DNA of 64,000 nucleotides from Candidatus Falkowbacteria bacterium CG10_big_fil_rev_8_21_14_0_10_39_11 (GCA_002773615.1 PFAP01000011.1:8307-72306), one strand, 5' to 3'; counted from the stretch's first letter, positions 1 through 9,485 are shown. Notes: generated by a model not told the origin, from the letters alone. Translations and numbers: made by a program.

Positions 1-1027
1 TATAAGTATCCGGCCTGACCACAAATCCTTGAGCCACTCGATTAAACAAAGCATCCACAAATCTTTTAGAAACAAAAGAATTCAAAATTGTCGAGCCGAT
101 CGCCTCCGGAATTGATTCAATGGTAGCCAAAGCCTGCGCATGTTCTTCAGCTGGCGCTTTTAACGATTTATCAATATAACTTTTTGTCACAGTTTCAGCT
201 GTCCCTGGCGGGTTTTGGACTACCGTTCCTGTTGGGTTAGTCTTCGCCTTATAACTACCCTCACCTTCTTTTCGTTCATCTTCCAAAGCCTTTACTTGTT
301 CCTTCTGCTTTGTCTCAAGCAAATCATAAGTCCAAATATAAGTACCAATTTCACTTTGCTGTGGCTCAAACCCCTTAACCACCTGATCAATCGCCAAAAA
401 TGAAGCGACTTCCGGATTATCATAATATCGATCTTTCAAATCTTTAGTAAAACCTTCCCAATTATCTTTTACCTGACTCCAAGAACAACGCTGATTTTTG
501 GTTCTTCGGTCAAATGGATCCCTATTAGCCCCCTTCTCTACTGAGCGGATAATCCGAAGCTTCAGCTCGACATTTGGCTCACAAATATCGAAATATTCCG
601 CCCATGGTCCAGACAAACTAATATCAGCCAAAACATCCGTCAGAACAGCCTCTTCAACTTTATCCACGTATGATGTCCAAGTGTCCGCATACCAAATCGG
701 TTGCTGACCAAAACTCCCTGTTTCCAAATATTCAATTGACCGCCGAGACAAATCTTGGGTCAAACTGATTGATAAATTTTTGAGTGACAAAGCAGCACTT
801 TTGACCAATACTTTATAAATTCGCTCCTTAATTGTACCAGCCACTTTATCCGCCGTATGAGTAGCTGCACTTTTTGACTGACCAATCAACTCTATAACGT
901 CACTCTCTGGACTCTTTGTTATCACCGCTGCAGCCAGCACATGATTTGCAACAAAAAAACTGGCCATCAAAATCAGCAAAGCAACAAGCAACGATTTTTT
1001 TACACTGAATCTTTTTCTAGATTTCAT
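1..1027 (-). CDS. N-terminal part of a large secreted/surface protein (runs off left edge)
   Basis: Manual translation from ATG at 1027: MKSRKRFSVKKSLLVALLILMASFFVANHVLAAA (signal peptide), then ...FDICEPNVELKLRII...QRCSWSQVKDNW...NPPGT. No stop seen toward the edge. Not in the ORF track because it is truncated. Confidence 0.75.
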   Translation of the reverse strand, partial: MKSRKRFSVKKSLLVALLILMASFFVANHVLAAAVITKSPESDVIELIGQSKSAATHTADKVAGTIKERIYKVLVKSAALSLKNLSISLTQDLSRRSIEYLETGSFGQQPIWYADTWTSYVDKVEEAVLTDVLADISLSGPWAEYFDICEPNVELKLRIIRSVEKGANRDPFDRRTKNQRCSWSQVKDNWEGFTKDLKDRYYDNPEVASFLAIDQVVKGFEPQQSEIGTYIWTYDLLETKQKEQVKALEDERKEGEGSYKAKTNPTGTVVQNPPGTAETVTKSYIDKSLKAPAEEHAQALATIESIPEAIGSTILNSFVSKRFVDALFNRVAQGFVVRPDTY

Positions 1028-1066
1028 GTGCTGCATATTTGTATATATATTTTATTTTCTTGATTA

Positions 1067-1894
1067 TTAAGAACCACTGGCTGCACTCCAAGCGTCCTGA
1101 AAAATTCCCCTTAATTCTTCATCACTCACAGCGCTGATTGTCTCTTCATCTACTCCACTGTCTCTCAAGACTTGTTTCAATTCTTCAATCGTATAGCTTT
1201 GGGGATCTGTTTTCTCTGGCGTAGTAGTAGTAGTAGTAGTAGTCGCAGCATTTTCTTGAGCTAATATCTCATTATAAATACTGATCAATTCACCATCCCC
1301 AACCACGGCCAATTCTTCATTTGTAAACAAGCCTGCACCGACTAACAAAACTCGAATTTCCGCCGCTGTCGGAGCCTCTTCACCGGTCACATCCTGAGGC
1401 TTCGGACTCAAATTTTCAGTAAAACTTGTTTTCGCACACTCTTTACCTTCAGGACAATTGGGGTCACTGCCCAACTCTACCTCAACCTGATCTGTTAGCC
1501 CATCACTATCACTATCAATCAAGTATGGACTGGTTTTCCATAAATTCAACTCATCATAATCGCTAAGACCATCCTCATCAGTATCTTTTTGTTTTTCTGC
1601 CGCAATCAAATCGGCCTCGGTTTTAAACATGTCTTCAGCGGTCACACCATCCTTTTGTTTCGTCAACTTATCGGCATTGGGTATTGGCACATCAAAAAAA
1701 GATTTCGCATTTACCCCCATCACCACCACAATCAAAACAAAAATCATCACCAACATTGAACCCAATATTATTTGTTTGTGATTTAAATCCTTGAAACTAT
1801 TTGGAGCTGAATTATTTCTTTTAAAATCAGAATAATTCTCTTGATTACCATCAAAAGAGGATCGGTCTTCTTCATGTAGACGATCTTGATTCAT
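1067..1894 (-). CDS. Membrane-anchored protein with thrombospondin type-3-like Ca-binding repeats
   Basis: One TM helix; DTDEDGLSDYDE and DSDSDGLTDQVE repeats; poly-Thr linker. Confidence 0.75.
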   Translation of the reverse strand: MNQDRLHEEDRSSFDGNQENYSDFKRNNSAPNSFKDLNHKQIILGSMLVMIFVLIVVVMGVNAKSFFDVPIPNADKLTKQKDGVTAEDMFKTEADLIAAEKQKDTDEDGLSDYDELNLWKTSPYLIDSDSDGLTDQVEVELGSDPNCPEGKECAKTSFTENLSPKPQDVTGEEAPTAAEIRVLLVGAGLFTNEELAVVGDGELISIYNEILAQENAATTTTTTTTPEKTDPQSYTIEELKQVLRDSGVDEETISAVSDEELRGIFQDAWSAASGS

Positions 1895-2017
1895 TAACGT
1901 AAATTATTTCATTTCAATTATACCACAAACATACTCTTTAACGAAGATAATTATTCACATAATCTAAACAAAAAAGACCAGCTTCAAACTGTCCTTTTTT
2001 TTATATTTTGGATCCGC

Positions 2018-2836
2018 CTAAATTGGCAGTTTTTTGGTCAAATCAGCCCAGTTTTCCACAGATAATTCCTGCGCACGAACCGTTTCCTTCAAACCTAATT
2101 CTTGTAATTTTTGACCAATTTCATCACTGGAAATTCTCAATCCGGCTGACAAATTATTTTTGAGTTGTTTTCTTTTGGCGGAAAAACCAATTTTAGACAA
2201 CTGAAAAAACCGCTTTTGGTCGACCTCAAACCGTGGACCGGTCACCTCCAAATCCAAAACCGCGCTGTCAACTTTTGGTGCTGGAAAAAAACTCTTTGCC
2301 CCCACGATGGTCACAATCCTTGGTTTTGCAAACAATTGAACCGACAAAGCCAACAGACTCATCTTCCCTGGTTCAGCGACAACCCGTTCAGCCACTTCTT
2401 TTTGCACCAATAACACCATTTTGGTTGGACGCAGATCATGCTCCAAAAATTTTCGCAAAAAATGTGAGGTAATATTATATGGGATGTTAGCGACAATCTT
2501 ATATTTTTCACCTTCAAAATTGTCAACAATCTCTTCAATTGGCAATTTCAAAACATCGTTATTGATTATGGTCAAATTTTCCGCTCTTTTAAATTGCTTT
2601 TTGAGCACATAAATCAAAGATCGATCAAGCTCCACCGTCACCACTCGCTTTACTCGGGGCAAAAGCTCTTCGGTCAAGACTCCCAGTCCCGGCCCGATCT
2701 CCAACACATCATCCTGATCGGTCAATTCAGCCGCTTTGACAATCTGATGCAACGGTTCTGGATTAATCAAAAAATTCTGCCCTGCACTTCGTTTGGGTTT
2801 TACATTATATTTTTTAATCAACTCTCTCACATTCAT
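2018..2836 (-). CDS. rsmA: 16S rRNA m6,2A dimethyltransferase RsmA/KsgA
   Basis: GQNFL, EIGPGLG, ANIPYNIT, QKEVAER, PAPKVDSAV motifs. Confidence 0.97.
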   Translation of the reverse strand: MNVRELIKKYNVKPKRSAGQNFLINPEPLHQIVKAAELTDQDDVLEIGPGLGVLTEELLPRVKRVVTVELDRSLIYVLKKQFKRAENLTIINNDVLKLPIEEIVDNFEGEKYKIVANIPYNITSHFLRKFLEHDLRPTKMVLLVQKEVAERVVAEPGKMSLLALSVQLFAKPRIVTIVGAKSFFPAPKVDSAVLDLEVTGPRFEVDQKRFFQLSKIGFSAKRKQLKNNLSAGLRISSDEIGQKLQELGLKETVRAQELSVENWADLTKKLPI

Positions 2837-2866
2837 AATATTTTAGATTCTGCATTTGTTGAATTC

Positions 2867-2899
2867 TGCGCCGAAGGACGCATCCATCCTCTGGCGGAG
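2867..2899. repeat. Short palindromic element, family C (tgcgccRaaggcgcatccgcc...ggcggag)
   Basis: Similar to the reverse complement of 9486-9516. Confidence 0.6.
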
Positions 2900-2920
2900 T
2901 AGTAATCGCTGATTTGTTAC

Positions 2921-4096
2921 TTAAATCAAATTAATCAACAATGATATTCCTGCCGCAAAAATAAAGCTCAAATTAATATCTTGTGTCACCACCAAAAGTC
3001 CCATCATCAAAACCACCATCAATACTCGACCAAAATTCAACGAAATCTCTCGCAGAACATTATACTCATCAACCATATTACCGCTATCAGCCGCTTTTTC
3101 ATATCGTAAAGCATCGTATGGCGTCCGCATCACAATCGCCGCAAAACTATGATAAGTGCTGGCTAAAAAAATATGAAAACCGGTCGCTACAAAAATCTTG
3201 ACCACCCAGCCGAGTGAATACAAAAAGGTACCGTACTTCATTACCTTTCTTTTGTCAAACTTATCGGTATAATCACCAACCACCAATTTGACCACAATAC
3301 TGCCCAAAATAATCACCGATGAAACAATACCCATCGCCGAATAACTTTCATTCATCACCAACCAGATAAATAGCGGCCACAAAACCATTCCAACAAACCC
3401 CTGAGCTCCATCAGCTGCGTATGAAATAAAATTTTTCCGATTTTTTTTGGCAAACGCCTTTTTATATGATTCAAAATAACCAAAAGTAAATTCTTCTTTC
3501 TTTTCCGGTAAAAATACAAGCGGCATAGCAGACACAAGACAAATAAAGCTAGCCGCAATAAACAACATACTAAAACTATAATTTTCCAGTACAAACCCAG
3601 AAATTAACGGCAAAAAAATCGCCACCAAAGAAGCAATGGCCGAAAAAAGCGAAATTTGTTTACCTCGAGTTTTTCGGTTGGTAAATTTAGCAAAATCTGT
3701 ATGAAACTGAATCCAATACAACATCCGACACATATTAATGGCCAAAATAGCAAAAACCAGAAACATACTATCTCCGGTTGAATCAAAAAAATTAAAAAAC
3801 CAATAATACATGGCCACAAAAACTACCGAAATGATCAATGATTTTTTGATCCCAAAGGCTGTCATCATCTTGGCTCCAATTGGTACCAACAAAAACCACA
3901 AACCATAACTGACCAAAAAATACAAAGCGACTAAAGTAAACGACTGCAATCTTTGATACAAAAACACTGGAATAAATAAGCCCAATAGCCCATTCGCAAT
4001 TTGTTGAATCAGTTGATTTGAATATAAGGCAGTCAACGGCCCTGACAATTTTACATTTTTAAAATCATGAATTATCTCCCACTTGTACTCATGCAT
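2921..4096 (-). CDS. MFS transporter
   Basis: 391 aa, about 12 TM helices, GDYTDKFDKRK motif-A-like loop. Confidence 0.85.
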   Translation of the reverse strand: MHEYKWEIIHDFKNVKLSGPLTALYSNQLIQQIANGLLGLFIPVFLYQRLQSFTLVALYFLVSYGLWFLLVPIGAKMMTAFGIKKSLIISVVFVAMYYWFFNFFDSTGDSMFLVFAILAINMCRMLYWIQFHTDFAKFTNRKTRGKQISLFSAIASLVAIFLPLISGFVLENYSFSMLFIAASFICLVSAMPLVFLPEKKEEFTFGYFESYKKAFAKKNRKNFISYAADGAQGFVGMVLWPLFIWLVMNESYSAMGIVSSVIILGSIVVKLVVGDYTDKFDKRKVMKYGTFLYSLGWVVKIFVATGFHIFLASTYHSFAAIVMRTPYDALRYEKAADSGNMVDEYNVLREISLNFGRVLMVVLMMGLLVVTQDINLSFIFAAGISLLINLI

Positions 4097-4165
4097 AGTA
4101 ATTTTTATTTTTATTTTATTGTTTTATTACTGTCTTGTTTTCCACCATCCTGCTTTCATGTTTCA

Positions 4166-4194
4166 CCTGTCGCCGTAGTTTTAACGTAGGCAGA
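4166..4194. repeat. Short palindromic element, family B (core TTTTAACGTAGGC)
   Basis: cctgtcgccgtagttttaacgtaggcaga resembles 58365-58394. Confidence 0.6.
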
Positions 4195-4223
4195 ATGTTC
4201 TCGTGCTTCCCTGTTTTAATTTT

Positions 4224-4364
4224 TGTCATGCTGAGCCTGCCTGCCGTTAGGCAGGGCTCTCAAAGCATAGTTGCCTAATAGACGGTTACCCTTCGAGTAC
4301 CCTGCCTACTCGCCTCGATTTGCCAATCGGGCGAAGCGGACCGGCAGGCAGGCTCGGGATAACA
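4224..4364. repeat. REP-doublet-like inverted element with nested 20-nt palindromic insertions
   Basis: Arms tgtcatgctgag|gctctcaaagca and cccttcgagtac|ctcgggataaca are imperfect inverted repeats. Each is split by a cctgcct...aggcagg element. Confidence 0.7.
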
Positions 4365-4437
4365 AGACTAATTGTTCTCATCCTTTTTATTCTATTTCTC
4401 TCCGTCAAAACACGCCTCGGCGCGTTACTTCACTTAT

Positions 4438-5532
4438 TTAACTCCCCAATTTACCAATAATTTTTTCCGCCTGTTCTCCTTCCACCAACTCCGGCCGACA
4501 ATAATCTTGAATCTCAATCGGATAATATTCCACGTCCGTTACTCCTTCTTTATTCAAATGAAGCATCACCCCCAAGCCTTCTCGAGTGTCCTGGCTCCAC
4601 ATTTGATCAAAAACAAAGTTACCCAAACTATAATAAATATATCTATCTTTATAAATTTCCATTTTTTGCACCACGTGAGGATGATGCCCCAAAACCACAT
4701 CAGCGCCACTATCAATCGCCACGTGAGCAAATTCAGTTTGATGCACCGCTGGATCATTGACATACTCAACACCATCATGCATTGAAACAATAATCAAATC
4801 AACTTTTTCTTCATGTGCTGTATTTATATCAGCAATCAATTGCTCAGTATCCATAAGTGCCATTCCAGCTCTAGCAGTCGTCGCTTTATAACTTTCCGGG
4901 CCATAAGCATAGGACAAAAAAGCAATTTTTATTCCCTTGACTTCTTTTATCAATGGATTTACTATTTTATTCAAATTTTCCCCCACCCCAACATAATCAA
5001 GATTATTTTTTCCCAAGTATTCAAATGTTTTAACCAAACCTTCTGAGCCATAATTCATAATATGGTTGTTGGGTAAACTCAAGATATCAAACCCAGCCAA
5101 AGCCAAAGCTTCAGCTGAACGCGGATCCGCCCGAAAAGAAAAAGAACCATCATCAACCAGTGGACCTTCAATTATCGGACTTTCCAGATTGGCCATCGCA
5201 ATATCGGCCGACTGCACCAACTTCCGAGTCGGCTCAAGACAATACATAAAATCATTCTTGGCGAGCATCTTTCGCTCAACCGCTCGACTCATCATAATAT
5301 CGCCTACGGCGAACAAAGTAATTTCTTCTTTTTCTTTTTTTTGAAATAAAGCAATCTGTTCTTGCTGTATTTTTTTCCACTGATCAAAATCCAAATAAAC
5401 CAACTGCTCCGGCAAATAAACTTTTTCAAACACCAAATCATCCTCAGCCCAAAAAAACACCGCCGAAAATGCTCCGGCCGCAATAATGATCGCTAACACA
5501 ATAACTATAATTAAAGTTGTTGATTTCCGCAT
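4438..5532 (-). CDS. CapA/PGA_cap family metallophosphatase-fold membrane protein
   Basis: GDIM, NLE, NNH, GHHPHV, YSLGNF motifs; N-terminal TM; start placed at ATG 5532. Confidence 0.88.
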   Translation of the reverse strand: MRKSTTLIIVIVLAIIIAAGAFSAVFFWAEDDLVFEKVYLPEQLVYLDFDQWKKIQQEQIALFQKKEKEEITLFAVGDIMMSRAVERKMLAKNDFMYCLEPTRKLVQSADIAMANLESPIIEGPLVDDGSFSFRADPRSAEALALAGFDILSLPNNHIMNYGSEGLVKTFEYLGKNNLDYVGVGENLNKIVNPLIKEVKGIKIAFLSYAYGPESYKATTARAGMALMDTEQLIADINTAHEEKVDLIIVSMHDGVEYVNDPAVHQTEFAHVAIDSGADVVLGHHPHVVQKMEIYKDRYIYYSLGNFVFDQMWSQDTREGLGVMLHLNKEGVTDVEYYPIEIQDYCRPELVEGEQAEKIIGKLGS

Positions 5533-5533
5533 A

Positions 5534-6631
5534 CTATTTTTTAGCCTCAGTGCGCAAATAAGCTTCAACAAAAGGCATAATTTCACCATCCAGCACTACG
5601 TCTACCTTGTCAGTTTCCTCTCCGGTCCGATGATCTTTGACCATCTTGTATGGATGCAAAACATAAGACCGCGCTTGATTACCCCAAGCCGCTTCAGTGT
5701 ATTCACCTCTCAATTTCTGTTTTTCTTCTTCCGCTTCCGCCTCATAATATTGCTGCAACTTGGACTGCAAATGACGGAAAGCTTTTTCTTTATTTTGAAT
5801 TTGTGATCTTTCATTTTGACAGGACACGACGATACCGGTCGGGATATGGGTTATTCTAACCGCCGAATCAGTTGTATTCACACTTTGACCACCATGACCG
5901 CCGGCTCTAAAAGTATCAATCCGAAGCTCATCAGGATTTATTTCCACCGTCACTTCATCATCAAGCCATGGCAAAACTTCCACCATCGCAAATGAGGTGT
6001 GCCGCATCTTTTCCGCATCAAACGGTGAAATCCGGACCAATCGATGCACACCAGACTCAGCTTTCAAATAACCATAAGCATATCGTCCTTCCACTTCAAA
6101 TTGTACGCTTTTGATACCCGCCTCTTGGCCAGAAGAGATATTGGTTATTTCCGTTTTCCACCCCTGTTTTTCGGCAAATCGTAAATACATCCGCAAAAGC
6201 ATCTCCACCCAATCTTGAGCATCAGTTCCACCGGTCCCGGCATAAAGAGAAACCAGCGCTGACTTTTTGTCATATTTACTCGCCAACAATAAACTCACTT
6301 CCATATGGGCAAATCTTTTTTCCACCTGAGCAATTTGCTTTTCAAAGTCTTCTCGCATATTCACTCCCTGATCTTCAATATCGAGCTTCAACATTTCCAT
6401 CAAATCTTCCAAATCTTGTTTAAACTTTTGCCACAAATCAATCTCATCTCTCAGACCACTGGCTTCCTCAGATATATGACGAGCTTTGTCTTGATTATTC
6501 CAAAATCCAGGTTTACTCATTTCTTGTTCCAAAGCCTCCATCCGCTCCTGTTTTTTCCCAATATCAACAATCCCCCACGCTCGCAGGAGTCTTTGCTGTA
6601 AATCTTCTAATTGTTGCTGCAAATCATTCAT
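5534..6631 (-). CDS. prfB: Peptide chain release factor 2 (no programmed frameshift)
   Basis: SPF tripeptide, GGQ motif, single continuous 365-aa ORF. Confidence 0.96.
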   Translation of the reverse strand: MNDLQQQLEDLQQRLLRAWGIVDIGKKQERMEALEQEMSKPGFWNNQDKARHISEEASGLRDEIDLWQKFKQDLEDLMEMLKLDIEDQGVNMREDFEKQIAQVEKRFAHMEVSLLLASKYDKKSALVSLYAGTGGTDAQDWVEMLLRMYLRFAEKQGWKTEITNISSGQEAGIKSVQFEVEGRYAYGYLKAESGVHRLVRISPFDAEKMRHTSFAMVEVLPWLDDEVTVEINPDELRIDTFRAGGHGGQSVNTTDSAVRITHIPTGIVVSCQNERSQIQNKEKAFRHLQSKLQQYYEAEAEEEKQKLRGEYTEAAWGNQARSYVLHPYKMVKDHRTGEETDKVDVVLDGEIMPFVEAYLRTEAKK

Positions 6632-6698
6632 AGCTTTAACTCGGAAAGTTTAGCACATCTCATAATTACTGCAAAATTTTTGTAGTTATGGTTAACCA

Positions 6699-6727
6699 TT
6701 GACAATTATATCACTATATGCTTAAAT
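6699..6727 (+). promoter_or_regulatory. Sigma70-like promoter, cassette 1
   Basis: TTGACA-17-TTAAAT with TG extension. Confidence 0.5.
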
Positions 6728-6762
6728 AGCCTATTGATCCTGCGCAAACAAGGAGAAACAAT

Positions 6763-7041
6763 ATGGACACAATTGCAGCTCTATTTTCTCTTGGCACTGT
6801 GGTTTTATTGATTATTTCTCTACAAGCTCGATACAAGAACAATGCAAAACTGATTATTCTCATCATCGCGACGGCAATTCTCTGTGCTGCGGCCAATCTA
6901 TTGGCTTTCATCTTTGTGATTAAAAATGAGAATACTTATTTTTTCAATTTTATTTGTGACTTATTTATTCTCGGTACACAAATTTTACGGTTATATCTAC
7001 TAAAGACCAATCCGCCAACAAGGAGCAACAATGTTCGTTAA
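6763..7041 (+). CDS. Small 3-TM membrane protein
   Basis: 92 aa, three hydrophobic stretches, SD aaggag. Confidence 0.7.
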   Translation: MDTIAALFSLGTVVLLIISLQARYKNNAKLIILIIATAILCAAANLLAFIFVIKNENTYFFNFICDLFILGTQILRLYLLKTNPPTRSNNVR

Positions 7042-7312
7042 CACCATCACCATGATTATCGGCGTTATTATGACCAATCTAATCCTTATTGGCTTTGCTC
7101 CCAAACTGATACACAACTTCAAATACATTTTGACTATCTTCGCCTTTGCAACTCTATATTTCGTTGGATGTTTGTTGATTTATAAATTTGAACTAGCAGA
7201 AAATTTTGGGTTTACCTTAGGTATGAGCATATTTATTCTCTGCACCAACCTATTTCGACTAATCTTTACCTACCAGATCAGTAAAGAAACTACTGAACAA
7301 ACCACTAACTAA
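7031..7312 (+). CDS. Small 3-TM membrane protein
   Basis: 93 aa, three hydrophobic stretches, SD aaggag, overlaps upstream gene. Confidence 0.7.
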   Translation: MFVNTITMIIGVIMTNLILIGFAPKLIHNFKYILTIFAFATLYFVGCLLIYKFELAENFGFTLGMSIFILCTNLFRLIFTYQISKETTEQTTN

Positions 7313-7337
7313 TCGAGTAAACACTCGATTTTTTTGT
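7311..7337 (+). terminator. Intrinsic terminator
   Basis: aatcgagt-aaac-actcgatt followed by T-run. Confidence 0.75.
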
Positions 7338-7352
7338 TTTTCAAACTAACCA

Positions 7353-7381
7353 TTGACAAAAAACCAGTCTTATGATATTAT
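7353..7381 (+). promoter_or_regulatory. Sigma70-like promoter, cassette 2
   Basis: TTGACA-17-TATTAT with TG extension. Confidence 0.65.
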
Positions 7382-7415
7382 TTCAAGTTCCAAACAATCA
7401 ACAAAGGAGACAGCC

Positions 7416-7709
7416 ATGTTCATCCTGATGCTAATCATTGCGATCATGCTCAGTCTAATTTCATTCAGTGTTTATTTTTATTTTTCATTCAAGAAACCTA
7501 CTACCGCTCATCACAAGCACCTAACCGCTCTAATCGTTATCATTATTGTCAATATTCTGGCTTGGGGCTTGGCTCGAGGATATGCTTCATTTAGTCTACC
7601 CCCAGCATCTGCTAATACATTTGGCCATTTAGCCCTTCTCCTCATGTGTATGCTGACAGGAGCTGGACTTGGTTCTGTTTACATGAAGCGAAAGCTTAAC
7701 CCCAATTAA
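7416..7709 (+). CDS. Small 3-TM membrane protein
   Basis: 97 aa from ATG 7416 after SD aaggag; three TM stretches. Confidence 0.7.
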   Translation: MFILMLIIAIMLSLISFSVYFYFSFKKPTTAHHKHLTALIVIIIVNILAWGLARGYASFSLPPASANTFGHLALLLMCMLTGAGLGSVYMKRKLNPN

Positions 7710-7734
7710 TATCACCGCACTACAAAGAGAAATC

Positions 7735-8019
7735 ATGAACCTTGATACCTGGCTGGCATTCTGTACGATTTTCATGGGGATCTCCTACGTTATCATCCCA
7801 AATCTCTGTATTAGTTGGCTGAAAATGAAACCCTTGTATTATCAACCGATTCTTATCGCCGTCTATATCATTAACAGCACCATGAATTTTGTAAATTATG
7901 CGTTGCTCGATGATTGGACCTGGTTATTCTTTCCAATCATCTTCTTGCTACTGACAATCTTGTTCATGAATATTGATCGCTTCAAACGCTGGCAAAGACG
8001 TCGAGAATTGCGTCACTAA
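7735..8019 (+). CDS. Small 3-TM membrane protein
   Basis: 94 aa, three TM stretches, basic C-tail. Confidence 0.65.
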   Translation: MNLDTWLAFCTIFMGISYVIIPNLCISWLKMKPLYYQPILIAVYIINSTMNFVNYALLDDWTWLFFPIIFLLLTILFMNIDRFKRWQRRRELRH

Positions 8020-8034
8020 TCATTCTATTAAACC

Positions 8035-8061
8035 AATCGAGTAACACTCGGTTTTTTGTTT
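8035..8061 (+). terminator. Intrinsic terminator, near-copy of 7311-7337
   Basis: aatcgagt-aac-actcggtt followed by T-run. Confidence 0.75.
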
Positions 8062-8087
8062 GACAAATTATAGCTTTCAGCTAAAAT
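8060..8087 (+). promoter_or_regulatory. Sigma70-like promoter, cassette 3
   Basis: TTGACA-16-TAAAAT. Confidence 0.6.
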
Positions 8088-8116
8088 AAGAGCAGCACTT
8101 CACAGAAGGAGGCACC

Positions 8117-8365
8117 ATGGATCCAGGAATTGTCCTGATTGTAATTTTCCTTGCTACTTGCTGTTTTTTTCAACTTCCTAGTCAGCTCACCAATCACAAG
8201 TATATCAACCTGGGAATTTGCCTCAGCCTTCTGTCTGTTTCCGCTTATTGCCAATTCAGTTCTTCTGACAAAAACGCCCAAATCGCCGCTTTTATCATTC
8301 TTCTTCTCGGTGGATTCTTTGCCTTCAGAACTTATCGAACCTTTATGCCCCAAAAACAAATCTAA
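8117..8365 (+). CDS. Small 3-TM membrane protein
   Basis: 82 aa, SD aaggagg, followed by hairpin and T-run at 8366-8392. Confidence 0.7.
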   Translation: MDPGIVLIVIFLATCCFFQLPSQLTNHKYINLGICLSLLSVSAYCQFSSSDKNAQIAAFIILLLGGFFAFRTYRTFMPQKQI

Positions 8366-8442
8366 GCTGCCAACATGCAGTTTTTTTCTTTTACTAAACA
8401 AAAAAGCCAATCATAACAGATTGGTCATTTTATTATAAAAAA

Positions 8443-9150
8443 TTATTGTGGCCAATTGCGACCTGGATCAGCTTTGAATGACTGTCTGATTTGGGCAATC
8501 TCACTAAACCGATCATGCATTTCATCATTCACCGTATACTGTCCTTGTTCAAAAGTATAAACCCACCCCCAAATATCATTTCTAGCCACAAGCATAGATG
8601 GTGCTCTTTCCGGGTTCAATTCTACATATTTATTCCACTCTTCCAGACTCCAAACGGTCACCGCAAACAAATCGTCCTGAGCCGGAAAACCAAAATAAAA
8701 AGTCTTTATTGACACTGGTCCGCCATAATCATTACTCGATTCTCTAACTTCAAAATCAGCCCAACTTGCTGGGAAAGTCATCGCAAATTCATAATCTCGA
8801 TTGTAATATTGAACCGTTTGCTCGATAGGGCGTTCATTTTCATCTCCGGTACCCATCATTTCATCCATCATACTGTCAATTTCATCAACCTTCAAATCTG
8901 TAAGACTGCCATCTTCTTCTTGAATTCTATCAGTATTATTCTCTTGATATTCGTTAATTTTACTTTCCAAATTTTTGATCGTGATTTGCTGTTCAGTTAC
9001 GATCGGTTCAAAAATCACATAGGCCAAAAGCCAAACCAAAAGCCCAACAAAAACCGCCGTTACAAACACAGCAATCATCACAGTCTGAATCAATCGATGA
9101 TCTTTTTTTATCTCTTCTTTTTTCTCCGGTGATAATATTTGTTCATCCAT
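8443..9150 (-). CDS. Membrane-anchored protein with PsbP-like extracellular domain
   Basis: One TM, coiled coil, YYNRDYEFAMTFPASW...IRQSF pattern. Confidence 0.6.
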   Translation of the reverse strand: MDEQILSPEKKEEIKKDHRLIQTVMIAVFVTAVFVGLLVWLLAYVIFEPIVTEQQITIKNLESKINEYQENNTDRIQEEDGSLTDLKVDEIDSMMDEMMGTGDENERPIEQTVQYYNRDYEFAMTFPASWADFEVRESSNDYGGPVSIKTFYFGFPAQDDLFAVTVWSLEEWNKYVELNPERAPSMLVARNDIWGWVYTFEQGQYTVNDEMHDRFSEIAQIRQSFKADPGRNWPQ

Positions 9151-9153
9151 AAA

Positions 9154-9450
9154 TTACTTTAATAAATTTTTCAATACATCAACATCAATATTTTGTACAT
9201 TCCCTGATTGCAGACTATCCACCTGATCAAAAACCCCAGAATAAGATTGAACCATCTCTTTGATTAATGGCGGAAGAAAAATAATCGCCAAAACAATCGG
9301 CAAAACAATCACTACCAACTTGAGAATATTCAAAATTCGAATCCACATTATGTACTTGCGAATTTTTTCCGTATTTTCATAAACCTTTTTAGTGTAATCC
9401 AAATTTCGCTGCAAAAGCATCTCCATTTTCTTGTAATCAAATCCCTCCAT
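9154..9450 (-). CDS. Hypothetical single-TM protein
   Basis: 98-aa ORF, 3-nt gap to downstream gene. Confidence 0.7.
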   Translation of the reverse strand: MEGFDYKKMEMLLQRNLDYTKKVYENTEKIRKYIMWIRILNILKLVVIVLPIVLAIIFLPPLIKEMVQSYSGVFDQVDSLQSGNVQNIDVDVLKNLLK

Positions 9451-9485
9451 ATAGGTATAAAATGCTAAATTATAAATCCTAAATT

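Noticed and set aside
1221-1243. (gta)n microsatellite as a phase-variation tract
   Set aside because: Trinucleotide unit encoding a poly-Thr linker; length changes would not shift the frame
6693-8392. Integron cassette array or CRISPR array
   Set aside because: No attC-type GTTRRRY/RYYYAAC structure, no integrase and no regularly spaced identical repeats; the shared sequences are terminators and promoters
8081-8410. 109-aa minus-strand ORF
   Set aside because: Antisense to 8117-8365, which has a promoter, SD, TM pattern and terminator
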